This document shows, piece after piece, positions 42,268-51,321 of a stretch of 64,000 nucleotides of DNA. Position 1 is the first letter of the stretch; each line of letters starts with the position of its first letter. A program made the translations under genes and the position numbers. The stretch is from an uncultured Gemmatimonadales bacterium (lineage in GTDB: Bacteria; Gemmatimonadota; Gemmatimonadetes; Gemmatimonadales; GWC2-71-9). The notes beneath the pieces are model-generated. The model made no database searches and was not told the DNA's origin. It saw only the letters and a list, made by a program, of their open reading frames with translations. The stretch spans positions 364,881-428,880 of the forward strand of contig CAWDYU010000003.1 of NCBI GenBank assembly GCA_963806875.1. The letters run 5' to 3'.

Positions 42268-43568
42268 CCGACACCGGCTTCGCACCCCGCCGCGCTGCGC
42301 TTGGGATTCTCTCGAACGTGCGCCGCGGCTTGCCCTTCGACGCCGCGCTCGACCGTGGCCTGAGCGGCCTCCCCGAGGTCGATCGCCGCCTCACGCACGA
42401 GTTGTCTGCCGGCGTCCTGCGACAGCAGGGATCGCTCGATGCGTTGATCGCACAGTTCGTCCCCCGGGGGCTCGCGTCGGTGCAACCCATCGTGCTCGAC
42501 ATCCTGCGACTGGGCGCCTACCAACTGCATCACCTCGCGAGGGTTCCGGCGCACGCTGCGGTTGCAACCAGCGTCGCGCTCGTCCGTGAAACCGCAGGCG
42601 AGCGCGTGACCGGGTTTGCGAACGCGGTGTTGCGGCGCATCGCCGACGCACCGCGCGAGCAATCGGGCGTGGACGACGCAAACGACGCAGCAACGCTGGC
42701 CACCCGCTGGTCACATCCCGAGTGGCTCGTTTCCCGGTGGCTCGCGCGCTTCGGGCATGAAGACACCGAGGACCTCCTCGAGTGGAACAACACCCATCCC
42801 GCGCTCGTGGTCCAACCGGCACGGGACGACGCCGACTCGCTGCAGGCGCGCCTGAGCACGGCCAACGTCGAGGGCTTCCCGGCGCCGCACGGCGCGGGCA
42901 TCGTGGTTTCCGAAACGCGCCCGGAACGGCTTCCCGGTTTTGCCGAGGGGGCGTTTTACGTACAGGATCCGGCTCAGGCGCTGGTGATGCGATTCGCGGC
43001 GTTTCCCGCCGAGGCGAACGTCTACGACGCGTGCGCGGCACCAGGCGGCAAGACCCTTGGATTGAGCCGACGCGGTGGGGTCGTGGTGGCGGCTGACGCT
43101 TCCCGCCGCCGGATCTTGCGCCTCTGCGACAACATCGCCCGCGCCGGCCAGGGGAATGCGTTTCCGGTGGTGGCCGACGCGCTGCACCCGCCCATTTCGG
43201 GGACGTCGGGATATCTCCTCGATGCCCCGTGCCTTGGCACCGGCACGTTTGCCCGCCACCCTGATGCGCGGCTCCGCGTGGAGCCGGCTGCACTGCAGCG
43301 GATCGTTCGCGAACAGGCTGCCCTGCTCGACGCCGCGGCCACGGTGATCGTCCCCGGCGGCGTGCTATGTTATGCCACATGTTCGCTGGAACCGGAGGAG
43401 GACGAGGAGCAGGTTGCAGCGTTCCTCGAGCGGCACCCGGAGTTCTCCCGCCAACCACCTGCCGGTTTTCCCCCCGAGCTGCTCACACCGGAGGGCGACC
43501 TGTTGATCCTCCCGCACCGTGATGGCATGGACGGCGCCTACGCCGCACGGCTGGTCCGCGCGCCGTGA
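42264..43568 (+). CDS. rsmB: 16S rRNA m5C967 methyltransferase; probable CTG start
   Basis: NusB-like N-domain ([14 protein letters not shown]), [32 protein letters not shown]. Confidence 0.92.
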   Translation: MTDTGFAPRRAALGILSNVRRGLPFDAALDRGLSGLPEVDRRLTHELSAGVLRQQGSLDALIAQFVPRGLASVQPIVLDILRLGAYQLHHLARVPAHAAVATSVALVRETAGERVTGFANAVLRRIADAPREQSGVDDANDAATLATRWSHPEWLVSRWLARFGHEDTEDLLEWNNTHPALVVQPARDDADSLQARLSTANVEGFPAPHGAGIVVSETRPERLPGFAEGAFYVQDPAQALVMRFAAFPAEANVYDACAAPGGKTLGLSRRGGVVVAADASRRRILRLCDNIARAGQGNAFPVVADALHPPISGTSGYLLDAPCLGTGTFARHPDARLRVEPAALQRIVREQAALLDAAATVIVPGGVLCYATCSLEPEEDEEQVAAFLERHPEFSRQPPAGFPPELLTPEGDLLILPHRDGMDGAYAARLVRAP

Positions 43569-44293
43569 GCCGACCTTCGCGGCGGACCCTGACGCGCACT
43601 GCCAATTTCATCATCGTGCTGCTGGTCGCGATTGGTGTGGGGTTCGTCGTGTTCGGCAGCCTCACCGGCTCACCGCTCCTGCGACGGAACGTCGCGGTGC
43701 CCGACCTCCGCGGCGTCCCGACAGATGACGCGATGCGGATCCTCACCGACAGCCGGCTCCGCGGACGCGTTGCCGATGCGGTGCCCGATACGTCAATCGC
43801 CGCGGGCCGGGTCACGTCACAGGAACCCGCCGCCGGCACGAGGGCGCGCCGTGATGCGATGGTGAACCTGACAGTGAGCGCGGGGTCGATCTATGCGAAC
43901 GTGCCGGACGTCGCCGGACTCAGCGTGGAGAAAGCACGCGACGCGATCCACCGCGCGGGACTGGTTCCGGGTCGTGTCGACACGGTCTCCGACTCGATGG
44001 CCTTTGCGATGGTGATCGGGACCTCTCCCGCTGCCGGGGCAACCGCGCGGCGCGCGAGCACCGTCGCGATCCGGGTGAGCGCTGGCCAGCCGAACATCGC
44101 TGTTCCTGAACTCGACGGGCTGACGCTGGCTGAAGCAACCGAACGCATCGAGAACGCCGGCCTCGTGGTCGGACTCGTCCGGCGCACCGATCAGGGGAGG
44201 CCGGGCGTGATTCAGGGACAACGACCGGCACCGGGTGCAACAGTTACCCGGGGTGCCAAGGTCGAGATCATCATCAGCGAGGAACGACCATGA
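43565..44293 (+). CDS. membrane-anchored protein with three PASTA domains and no kinase domain
   Basis: N-terminal TM, then VPDLRG...QEPAAG, VPDVAG...TSPAAG, VPELDG...QRPAPG. Confidence 0.9.
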   Translation: MSRPSRRTLTRTANFIIVLLVAIGVGFVVFGSLTGSPLLRRNVAVPDLRGVPTDDAMRILTDSRLRGRVADAVPDTSIAAGRVTSQEPAAGTRARRDAMVNLTVSAGSIYANVPDVAGLSVEKARDAIHRAGLVPGRVDTVSDSMAFAMVIGTSPAAGATARRASTVAIRVSAGQPNIAVPELDGLTLAEATERIENAGLVVGLVRRTDQGRPGVIQGQRPAPGATVTRGAKVEIIISEERP

Positions 44294-44955
44294 CGGCACG
44301 GATCGCGCCGAGTGTGCTGAGCGCCGATCTTGGTCGGCTCGCGGAGCAGGTGACTGAGGCAGCGCACGGCGGTGCGGAATGGGTGCACGTCGACGTGATG
44401 GACGGCCATTTCGTCCCGAACCTGACGTTTGGCGCTCCGATGATCCGCGCACTTCGACGGATCACCGATCTTCCACTCGACGTGCACCTCATGGTCGAGC
44501 GGCCGGAGCAGTACATCACCGAGTACGCCGCGGCGGGCGCCAACGTCTTCACTTTCCATCCCGAATCGACGGTACACGTGCAGCGTCACCTCGCGATGGC
44601 GCGTGAACATGGGATGCGCGCCGGGCTTGCACTGAACCCCGGGACGCCGCTTGGATGGCTCGAGGAAGTCGTGGACGATGTCGACCTCGTGCTCGTGATG
44701 TCCGTCAATCCCGGCTACGGTGGTCAGGGGTACATCCCGGCATCGACCTCCAAGATTGCGCGCGTCCGCGACCTGCTCGACTCCAGGGGCAGCGAGGCAT
44801 CGCTCGAGGTGGACGGTGGGATCACCGTCGACACCATCGCGCAGGCGCGCAATGCCGGCGCCGACACGTTCGTGGCCGGTACGGCGGTGTTCGGTGAGCG
44901 TGACCCGGCCGAGGCGGTACGGGCGCTGAAGCGTGCCTGCATGGCCAGGGCCTGA
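44290..44955 (+). CDS. rpe: ribulose-phosphate 3-epimerase
   Basis: IAPSVLSAD, HVDVMDGHFVPN, DVHLM, MSVNPG, EVDGG. Confidence 0.97.
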   Translation: MTARIAPSVLSADLGRLAEQVTEAAHGGAEWVHVDVMDGHFVPNLTFGAPMIRALRRITDLPLDVHLMVERPEQYITEYAAAGANVFTFHPESTVHVQRHLAMAREHGMRAGLALNPGTPLGWLEEVVDDVDLVLVMSVNPGYGGQGYIPASTSKIARVRDLLDSRGSEASLEVDGGITVDTIAQARNAGADTFVAGTAVFGERDPAEAVRALKRACMARA

Positions 44956-45503
44956 TGCGCCGCCAATGGTTGGGCGTGCTCGCGGTCGTTGCCGCACTCG
45001 CCGTCGCGGTGATGGTGCTGATTCGGCGGGCTCCCGTTCCGATCGAGGTTGGCCGGATCGCACCCGACTTCACCGCGACCCACCTGCAGTCCGGCACTTC
45101 CCGCTCGCTGCACGCGGACTATCGCGGGAGTGTGACGCTGGTCAACGTGTGGGCGACGTGGTGCGAGCCGTGCAAGAAGGAGATCCCCGCTCTCGATTCG
45201 CTCTACCGTGCACTCGGACCCAAGGGCCTGCGGATCGCGGCGGTGAGCATCGACCGAGGCGATAGCGTACCCGTCCGGCAGTTCATGGATGAGTTCGGCG
45301 TGACCTTCGACGTTCTGCATGATCCCGATGGCCTGATCCAGCAGGTTTACCAGACCAGCGGTGTACCCGAGAGTTTCCTTCTCGACCGCGATGGACGCAT
45401 CGTGCGGATCGTCTACGCCGACCATCCGTGGGCGAGCGCTGGCAACCAGCGGATCATCAGTGAGCTGCTCGCACGACCAGCGTCCGGGGAACCTTCTCCA
45501 TGA
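44955..45503 (+). CDS. TlpA/ResA-like thiol-disulfide oxidoreductase
   Basis: TM anchor, NVWATWCEPCKKE, GVPES. Confidence 0.9.
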   Translation: MRRQWLGVLAVVAALAVAVMVLIRRAPVPIEVGRIAPDFTATHLQSGTSRSLHADYRGSVTLVNVWATWCEPCKKEIPALDSLYRALGPKGLRIAAVSIDRGDSVPVRQFMDEFGVTFDVLHDPDGLIQQVYQTSGVPESFLLDRDGRIVRIVYADHPWASAGNQRIISELLARPASGEPSP

Positions 45504-46036
45504 ACCGGCAGTGGCTGTGGGTCGGCATGATCCTGACTGGCCTCGCGCTCGGCGCGTGGGGCATCACGCGCTACGCACCACCGCCGGAAGGCGCCTATCT
45601 CGGCGATCGTGCCACCGATTACCGCACCCTCCGCCTCACCGACAACGACAGCATCGCGCTGCGCAGCGGATACGCCGGATACGTCACTCTGGTCAATGTC
45701 TGGGCCACGTGGTGCGGACCCTGCAGGACCGAGATGCCGTCGATGGAGCGTCTCTTCCGGAGCCGTGCCGAGCGCGGCTTCCGGATCGCCGCAGTGAGCA
45801 TCGATCTGGGCGATCCCGAGAAGGTCCGGGCCTTCGGCCGCGAACTCGGCCTTACCTTCGACCTGCTGCACGACCCGACCGGCCTGGTGCAGCAGGCGTA
45901 CGGTGTCGTGGGCGTACCGCAGAGCATCATCGTCGGGCGTGACGGTCGGATCGCGCACATCTCGCTCGGCGCCGAGCGATGGGACTCCCCAGCCAACGTC
46001 GCGCTGGTCGATTCCCTCCTTGGGCCGGTTCGCTGA
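45500..46036 (+). CDS. TlpA/ResA-like thiol-disulfide oxidoreductase (tandem paralog)
   Basis: TM anchor, NVWATWCGPCRTE, GVPQS. Confidence 0.9.
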   Translation: MNRQWLWVGMILTGLALGAWGITRYAPPPEGAYLGDRATDYRTLRLTDNDSIALRSGYAGYVTLVNVWATWCGPCRTEMPSMERLFRSRAERGFRIAAVSIDLGDPEKVRAFGRELGLTFDLLHDPTGLVQQAYGVVGVPQSIIVGRDGRIAHISLGAERWDSPANVALVDSLLGPVR

Positions 46037-46039
46037 CCG

Positions 46040-47080
46040 ATGCGCGTACTGGCTCTCGAGACTTCATGTGACGAAACCTCCGCCGCCGTGGTGCGCCGCG
46101 ACGGCGACGTGGTGACGCTTGAATCGCTCACGATCCTCTCGCAGGACGTTCACCGGATCTTTGGTGGTGTCGTTCCCGAACTCGCATCGCGCGCGCACCT
46201 CACCACGGTGGGACCTGTCGTTGATGCTGCGCTTGCCGACGCCGGCCTCGAACCGGCGGGCCTCGACGGAATCGCCGTGACTCGCGGCCCGGGACTCCTC
46301 GGCGCGCTGCTGGTCGGGGTGACCTGGGCAAAAACGGTGGCATGGCGAGACGACATCCCGCTGATCGGTGTGCATCACCTCGAGGGTCACCTCTTCGCGC
46401 CGACACTCGAAGATGCGACTGTCGCTCCGCCCTTCACGGCGCTCTTGGTAAGCGGTGGGCACACCATGCTGCTCGACGTTCCGGCGTGGGGCGACTATCG
46501 CCTGCTCGGCCAGACCCGCGACGACGCGGCGGGCGAGGCGTTCGACAAGGTCGGCTCGCTGCTCGGCCTCGACTATCCCGCCGGCGCCGCGATCGAACGC
46601 CTGGCCATGGAGGGCGACCCGCGTCGGTTCACGTTCCCGAGGCCGCTCCTTCGGGGGGTGAGCGCGAGCGAGGCGTACGAGTTTTCGTTCAGCGGACTCA
46701 AGACCGCGGTGTTGCGCGCCGTGCAGCTAAGCGATGACATCGAGCGTGATCGCGCCGACCTCGCACGGGGCTTCCAGGACGCCGTGATCGAGGTCCTCGT
46801 CAGCAAGACGCTGCATGCGGCGCGGGAGCACGACAGGTCGCTGGTGGTGCTGGGCGGCGGCGTTGCGAGCAGCAGGGCACTCGCTGAAGCGATGCGCGCC
46901 AAGGCGGATAGCCGGATACGTGTCGCGGTGGCGTCGCCGCGGCTCAACACCGACAACGCCGCCATGATCGGTGCGGCGGGCAGTTGGCGCCTCGCCCGGG
47001 GAGAACGGCATGGCGCCGAGCTCGATGCCCGTGATTCCCTTCCCCTTCCCGGGCTCGTCCCGGCAGGAGCAGCAGCATGA
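46040..47080 (+). CDS. tsaD: tRNA threonylcarbamoyltransferase
   Basis: LETSCDET, GGVVPELASRAH, HHLEGH, VSGGHT, DDAAGEAFDK, TDNAAMI. Confidence 0.97.
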   Translation: MRVLALETSCDETSAAVVRRDGDVVTLESLTILSQDVHRIFGGVVPELASRAHLTTVGPVVDAALADAGLEPAGLDGIAVTRGPGLLGALLVGVTWAKTVAWRDDIPLIGVHHLEGHLFAPTLEDATVAPPFTALLVSGGHTMLLDVPAWGDYRLLGQTRDDAAGEAFDKVGSLLGLDYPAGAAIERLAMEGDPRRFTFPRPLLRGVSASEAYEFSFSGLKTAVLRAVQLSDDIERDRADLARGFQDAVIEVLVSKTLHAAREHDRSLVVLGGGVASSRALAEAMRAKADSRIRVAVASPRLNTDNAAMIGAAGSWRLARGERHGAELDARDSLPLPGLVPAGAAA

Positions 47081-47928
47081 TCGTCGCTCACCCGCTGAAC
47101 CTGGACGTGTTCGGCTTCGAGGTCACCGGATACGGGATCATGATGATGGTCGCGTTCCTGGTCGGCGCCTGGATTGCCGATCGCGAGCTCAAGCGCCTCG
47201 GCTTCGCGTCCGATTACGCCGGCGACATGCTCTGGGCCGCAGTGATCGGTGGGGTGGTGGGCGCAAAACTCTGGTATGTGGCGCTCCACGGCACCGATGC
47301 ACTACTCACCCGCGGCGGGCTCGTGTGGTACGGCGGATTCGTCGGTGGCACGCTCGCCGTGATCCTCAACGGCTGGCGGCGGGGCGTACCGGTGCGCTGG
47401 ACCGGGCAGATCATTGCGCCGGTGCTGGCGGCTGCGTACGCCATCGGTCGCGTGGGGTGCTATCTGGTGGGCGACGACTACGGCAAGCCGAGCAGCAGCG
47501 CATTCGCCGTGGCGTTTCCCGAGGGTATTCCGCCAACCACTGCGGGCGTCATGCGGGCCGAGTTTCCCGGACTCGACATCCCCGCGTCGCTCCCGCCTGA
47601 AGCGGTGATGGCGGTGCATCCCACCCAGCTCTACGAGGTGGCGATGATGTTGTTCGCGTTTGCACTGCTCTGGCGCTGGCGTACCTCGCCGCGCGGCACC
47701 GGCTGGCTGCTCGGCGCGTACCTGGTGATGGCGGGGATCGAGCGATTCATCGTTGAGTTCTTCCGGGCCAAGGACGACCGGCTGCTGGGCGCCTTGACGA
47801 TCGCCCAGGCCTTTTCGGTTGTTCTCGTACTCCTCGGAGCCGTGCTGATCGTGCAGTGGTCGAAGGGGGGGAAGGTCGCGCCGGGAGAGTGGCTGGAGCG
47901 TGGTGCCAGCGGGGGTCGGGCCGGGTGA
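47077..47928 (+). CDS. lgt: prolipoprotein diacylglyceryl transferase
   Basis: YG, GAKL, GGLVWYGG, IGRVGC...GDDYG, HPTQLYE, RFIVEFFR. Confidence 0.93.
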   Translation: MIVAHPLNLDVFGFEVTGYGIMMMVAFLVGAWIADRELKRLGFASDYAGDMLWAAVIGGVVGAKLWYVALHGTDALLTRGGLVWYGGFVGGTLAVILNGWRRGVPVRWTGQIIAPVLAAAYAIGRVGCYLVGDDYGKPSSSAFAVAFPEGIPPTTAGVMRAEFPGLDIPASLPPEAVMAVHPTQLYEVAMMLFAFALLWRWRTSPRGTGWLLGAYLVMAGIERFIVEFFRAKDDRLLGALTIAQAFSVVLVLLGAVLIVQWSKGGKVAPGEWLERGASGGRAG

Positions 47929-47931
47929 CTC

Positions 47932-47960
47932 TTGACAGCTTCAGAACGAAAACGTAGGAT
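47932..47960 (+). promoter_or_regulatory. sigma70 promoter
   Basis: TTGACA (47932-47937), 17-nt spacer, TAGGAT (47955-47960). Confidence 0.8.
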
Positions 47961-47966
47961 TATCCC

Positions 47967-48118
47967 TAGGTGGCGCGAGGCAGTCGAAGCGCCCATCGAG
48001 AAAGTCCCAGGACGAAGAAGGGTGAAGCGAACACACCTGTTCGTCTTCGTTTACTCAGGGGGCGTTCTGGGACCTCCCAAACAACACGGCCCGCCAGTGA
48101 TGGCGGGCCGTTGTTGCG
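47967..48118 (+). ncRNA. candidate structured small RNA of about 150 nt, family not recognised
   Basis: Lies between a near-consensus promoter and a terminator, has no credible ORF, and forms three stem-loops. Confidence 0.65.
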
Positions 48119-48120
48119 TT
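48080..48120. terminator. probable bidirectional intrinsic terminator
   Basis: ACGGCCCGCCA-gtga-TGGCGGGCCGT 11-bp stem; TGTTGCGTT follows on plus and GTTGTTT on minus. Confidence 0.8.
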
Positions 48121-48146
48121 CGGACGATAGCGTGAACGGGAAGGCT

Positions 48147-50249
48147 TCATCCGTTGAGCGCAGCGCCTGCCATACGGTTGCGAAGGATCTCCACTTCGGC
48201 CTTGAGCGCCGCCAGGTCGGCCTCCATCTGCTCCAGAGAGCGCAGCACCGCACCCTCGAGGGGCAGCGCGGCTGCTGGAACTGGATCCGCCACGACCGCC
48301 GGGGGCACCGCAGACGCGGCAACCACGGCTTCCGCAAATGCCCGCTCGTCGCGGCGGCGCTGGAACACCAGGATCCACAACAGCGCTCCGGAAGCGAGCA
48401 CCAGCAGCAGCCCCTGGGCGAGCATCGACTCCAGCGTGGGGTAGATGCCCAGCACCGGGAGCCGGGGCCAGTCCTGCAGCACGGTGGTGCCAACGACGCC
48501 ACCCGCCTGCAACTCCGCCACTGCCTTGCCGGCAAACACGAACGCGGTGTAGTAGAGGAAGCCGCTGGTGACGGCGAAGAACGGCTTGAGCGGGAGCCGG
48601 ATTCCGTAGCGATTCATTGCGGTATACACTCCCGCAAGGATCACTCCGCCCACCGCCATCCCGGCGACCACCGGCCAGAACGTCCCACCCGCCGATCCGC
48701 CTGACACGAAGAGCGCCTTGTAGAAGAGCACCGTCTCGAATCCCTCACGGTACACCGCAAGGAACGCAGCCGACGCCAGGGCGAGTGCCGAGCCGCCCGT
48801 CACGGCCACCTGCACGCGTTCGCGCACGAACGCGGTCCACTTGGCGACTTCCATCTTGGACAGCAGCCAGTACGAGACGTAGAACAGCACGCCGACGGCC
48901 GCCACCATGGTGAAGCCTTCCATCGCCTCGCGGTGCGCCGGGGAAATCTGGAACACCGTCTCGAGCAGCACTGCCGTCAGCACCGAGAGCGCCACGGCCG
49001 CGCCAACCCCGATGTGAATGTCGCGTCGGCGTTCGGGAGCGCCCGTCTTCACGAGGAAGGTCATGAGCGCCCCGATGATGAGGATCGCCTCGAGGCCTTC
49101 ACGGAGCAGGATGACCAGTGATTGCAGGAAGAGATTGATCGGCGACAGCTTGTCGGCAACAACGCGTTCCGCCTGTTCGAGATCGGCCGCAAGGTCGGCC
49201 TGCACCGCTGCCAGCTCGCCGGCCGTGCCGCCGGACGTTCGGGCGCGCAGCGAGGCGAATGTCGCCTCGAGTCGGGCCGCCAGCTCGGGCTTCTTCGCAC
49301 GCACCGTACGCTCGACACGCTCGAAGGCGAGGTATGCGTCGAACGCCGCCGCCGTGGCCTCTTCCCGCTGCCCGGTTGCGGCGAGGTCGCTGGCCTGCCT
49401 GAGCCGCGCCCGAACGGCACCGAACGCTGCCGCGATTTCATCCCCGGATTCACCCGCGTCCTGGAATCCGCGCACAGCGCCGAGGCCCGCGCGGTCTGCA
49501 CCAGGCCCCAGGGCGGCCAGTACCTGGCTGTCGCTCAGCTCCGCGACGACCGGGAACGCGCGGAGCGATACCGGCACCACCCCGCCCGACCGCTCCTGAC
49601 GGAGGGTCGAGGCATAGGCAGCCACCGCCCACCGATCCTCGGCGCTGAGCCGCGACTCGTACGCCGGCATCGCCGTGCCGGCAACGCCGATCGTGATCCG
49701 CTGATAGAATGCGAGGGGAGTGACGTCGGTGAGCGCGGCATGATCTGCCAGGTTTGCCGGCACCGGCATCAGGGCTCGGCCCGCCGGACCATCGCCTCGC
49801 CCGCGTGAGCCATGACATGTCGCACACTCCCGGGCGAAGACCTCCGCACCGCGGGCCAGCGACGGAGTCGTCACGGGAACATCCACCAGCGTGATGCGGA
49901 GCACGCTCGCGAGTTCGCTGGTGACAGCCCGCACGTAAATGTCGACGGAATCCGGGGGAGCGGTACGCCGAACCGCCGACAGCGCCCGCTCAAGCCCGGT
50001 CACAGCGGTCGATGAAACGGAGTTGGGGAGCGTTCGGGCGGTGCGGACGGCCTCGCGCAGGAAGAGTTCAGCCTCCTCCACTTCCGCCGGCATCACCACC
50101 CGATTGTCCACTACGCCAATCCGGTACTCCTGCGCGGCCAGCTGGGCCGATGCCGCGACCCGCCGCGCAGCCGCGACGGAATCGGCGCCCGAGGAGGCGG
50201 TAGGAGGGGACAATGTTGTGAGAAAAACCAGCGCACCGATGAGAATCAT
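48147..50249 (-). CDS. cytochrome c / FTR1-family iron permease fusion (PbrT-like)
   Basis: Signal peptide, CATCH heme motif, GTAMPAY, REGLE and REGFE motifs, TM domain. Confidence 0.93.
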   Translation of the reverse strand: MILIGALVFLTTLSPPTASSGADSVAAARRVAASAQLAAQEYRIGVVDNRVVMPAEVEEAELFLREAVRTARTLPNSVSSTAVTGLERALSAVRRTAPPDSVDIYVRAVTSELASVLRITLVDVPVTTPSLARGAEVFARECATCHGSRGRGDGPAGRALMPVPANLADHAALTDVTPLAFYQRITIGVAGTAMPAYESRLSAEDRWAVAAYASTLRQERSGGVVPVSLRAFPVVAELSDSQVLAALGPGADRAGLGAVRGFQDAGESGDEIAAAFGAVRARLRQASDLAATGQREEATAAAFDAYLAFERVERTVRAKKPELAARLEATFASLRARTSGGTAGELAAVQADLAADLEQAERVVADKLSPINLFLQSLVILLREGLEAILIIGALMTFLVKTGAPERRRDIHIGVGAAVALSVLTAVLLETVFQISPAHREAMEGFTMVAAVGVLFYVSYWLLSKMEVAKWTAFVRERVQVAVTGGSALALASAAFLAVYREGFETVLFYKALFVSGGSAGGTFWPVVAGMAVGGVILAGVYTAMNRYGIRLPLKPFFAVTSGFLYYTAFVFAGKAVAELQAGGVVGTTVLQDWPRLPVLGIYPTLESMLAQGLLLVLASGALLWILVFQRRRDERAFAEAVVAASAVPPAVVADPVPAAALPLEGAVLRSLEQMEADLAALKAEVEILRNRMAGAALNG

Positions 50250-50254
50250 TCCCA
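50240..50254. promoter_or_regulatory. putative Fur box overlapping the iron permease start codon
   Basis: TGAGAAT-C-ATTCCCA, a 7-1-7 inverted repeat with one mismatch. Confidence 0.6.
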
Positions 50255-50277
50255 AACGCTTTGGTTATGGACGGAAT

Positions 50278-50306
50278 AAACTACGGTAGGTTGGTGCGAA
50301 TCACAA
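50278..50306 (-). promoter_or_regulatory. putative sigma70 promoter of the iron permease
   Basis: Minus strand TTGTGA, 17-nt spacer, TAGTTT. Confidence 0.5.
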
Positions 50307-50338
50307 CTATGCGGAACTCGTGCCAGCGCGGGGGAGTC

Positions 50339-50719
50339 CTACCGGGCATCCTCGAGGATCGCGACGGCAGCAGCCACGTCGCGGGAGTGACTGAGCGAAA
50401 GGTGCAAGCTGACCGGTCGGCGGCTGACCACCTCGGCTGCCAACCCCAGCAGGACCGCCTCGGGGCGGCCATCGCCCAGCCGGCGCACCCCGATTTCGCG
50501 CCAGCCTATGGCTCGCGCACCATCGAACACCTGCAGGGCCTTGAATACAGCCTCCTTGGCCGCCAGGCGCGCTGCGAACGCCGGGGCGGGGTCGCCAAGG
50601 GAATCGACGTATGTCCGTTCCTCGGGAGTGAGGGTTCGATCGAGGATCCGGCTGTGATGTCTTTCCAGCAGGGCTCGCGCCCGCGCGACCTCAACCACAT
50701 CCAGGCCGACGCCGATCAC
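50339..50719 (-). CDS. acpS: holo-ACP synthase
   Basis: IGVGLDVVEV, AARLAAKEAVFKAL, GRP, LSLSHS. Confidence 0.93.
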   Translation of the reverse strand: MIGVGLDVVEVARARALLERHHSRILDRTLTPEERTYVDSLGDPAPAFAARLAAKEAVFKALQVFDGARAIGWREIGVRRLGDGRPEAVLLGLAAEVVSRRPVSLHLSLSHSRDVAAAVAILEDAR

Positions 50720-51321
50720 AGCCACGGGAGGCTCCACCAGGCGTCGTGGATCGGCCCGAACCACGCTGGGCTCGGCACCTGCCCACCCAACCAGCCCGAA
50801 ACGATGATCGTGGCGGCGATCGCGATGCCAGCCGCTGCCCAGAAGACTCCCATCGGCCGGCGCCACGACGCGATCCGTCCGGCCGCGCGTCGCCACCGAA
50901 GCGACTCCTCGATTGCGACCCTGACGGCGCCGGTCCACGCTACGTCCAGGGCGGCGCCCCGGCCCCTGTCCACCTGACTATCAGCGGGTTGCCCCTCGAA
51001 TTCCTCCAGCCGCATCCCCTCGGCGAGTAGACGATGGCGGAGTGTTTCGACCGTCTCGGGATCGGGCTCCACCCCCGCCAGCTTGCGAGCCGGATACTTC
51101 GAGTGGTGCGCAGCAGCATGCAATCCCGCCCGGGCATCAGCGATCACGGTGTCCCGGAGCGAGAGCACGGCACGATCCCAGGCGACTGCCCACGCATCGT
51201 GGCCCGCGTCGAGCGCGCGGCCGGTCAGGAGTTGGTGCAGGAGATCGAGCCTGATGGCATCGTACGGCTGTCCCGACGGGGGCGCCGCGAGCCGGCCAAG
51301 AGTGCTCGCGATCGGGTTCAT
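50716..51321 (-). CDS. hypothetical protein with a C-terminal TM helix
   Basis: NTGA overlaps with both neighbours; hydrophobic C-terminus. Confidence 0.65.
   Translation of the reverse strand: MNPIASTLGRLAAPPSGQPYDAIRLDLLHQLLTGRALDAGHDAWAVAWDRAVLSLRDTVIADARAGLHAAAHHSKYPARKLAGVEPDPETVETLRHRLLAEGMRLEEFEGQPADSQVDRGRGAALDVAWTGAVRVAIEESLRWRRAAGRIASWRRPMGVFWAAAGIAIAATIIVSGWLGGQVPSPAWFGPIHDAWWSLPWL

Noticed and set aside
47975-48012. GGCAGTCG...GAGAAAGTCC resembles the 5' end of RNase P RNA
   Set aside because: The unit is only about 150 nt and lacks the 3' P4 strand (CCGGCTTA-like). It also lacks the SRP loop motif, and the main hairpin is too short for 6S RNA.
47932-48704. ORFs 47932-48135 and 47970-48704 as products of the strong promoter
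   Set aside because: One starts inside the -35 box, both read through the terminator, the longer one runs antisense into the FTR1 gene, and neither shows protein-like features.
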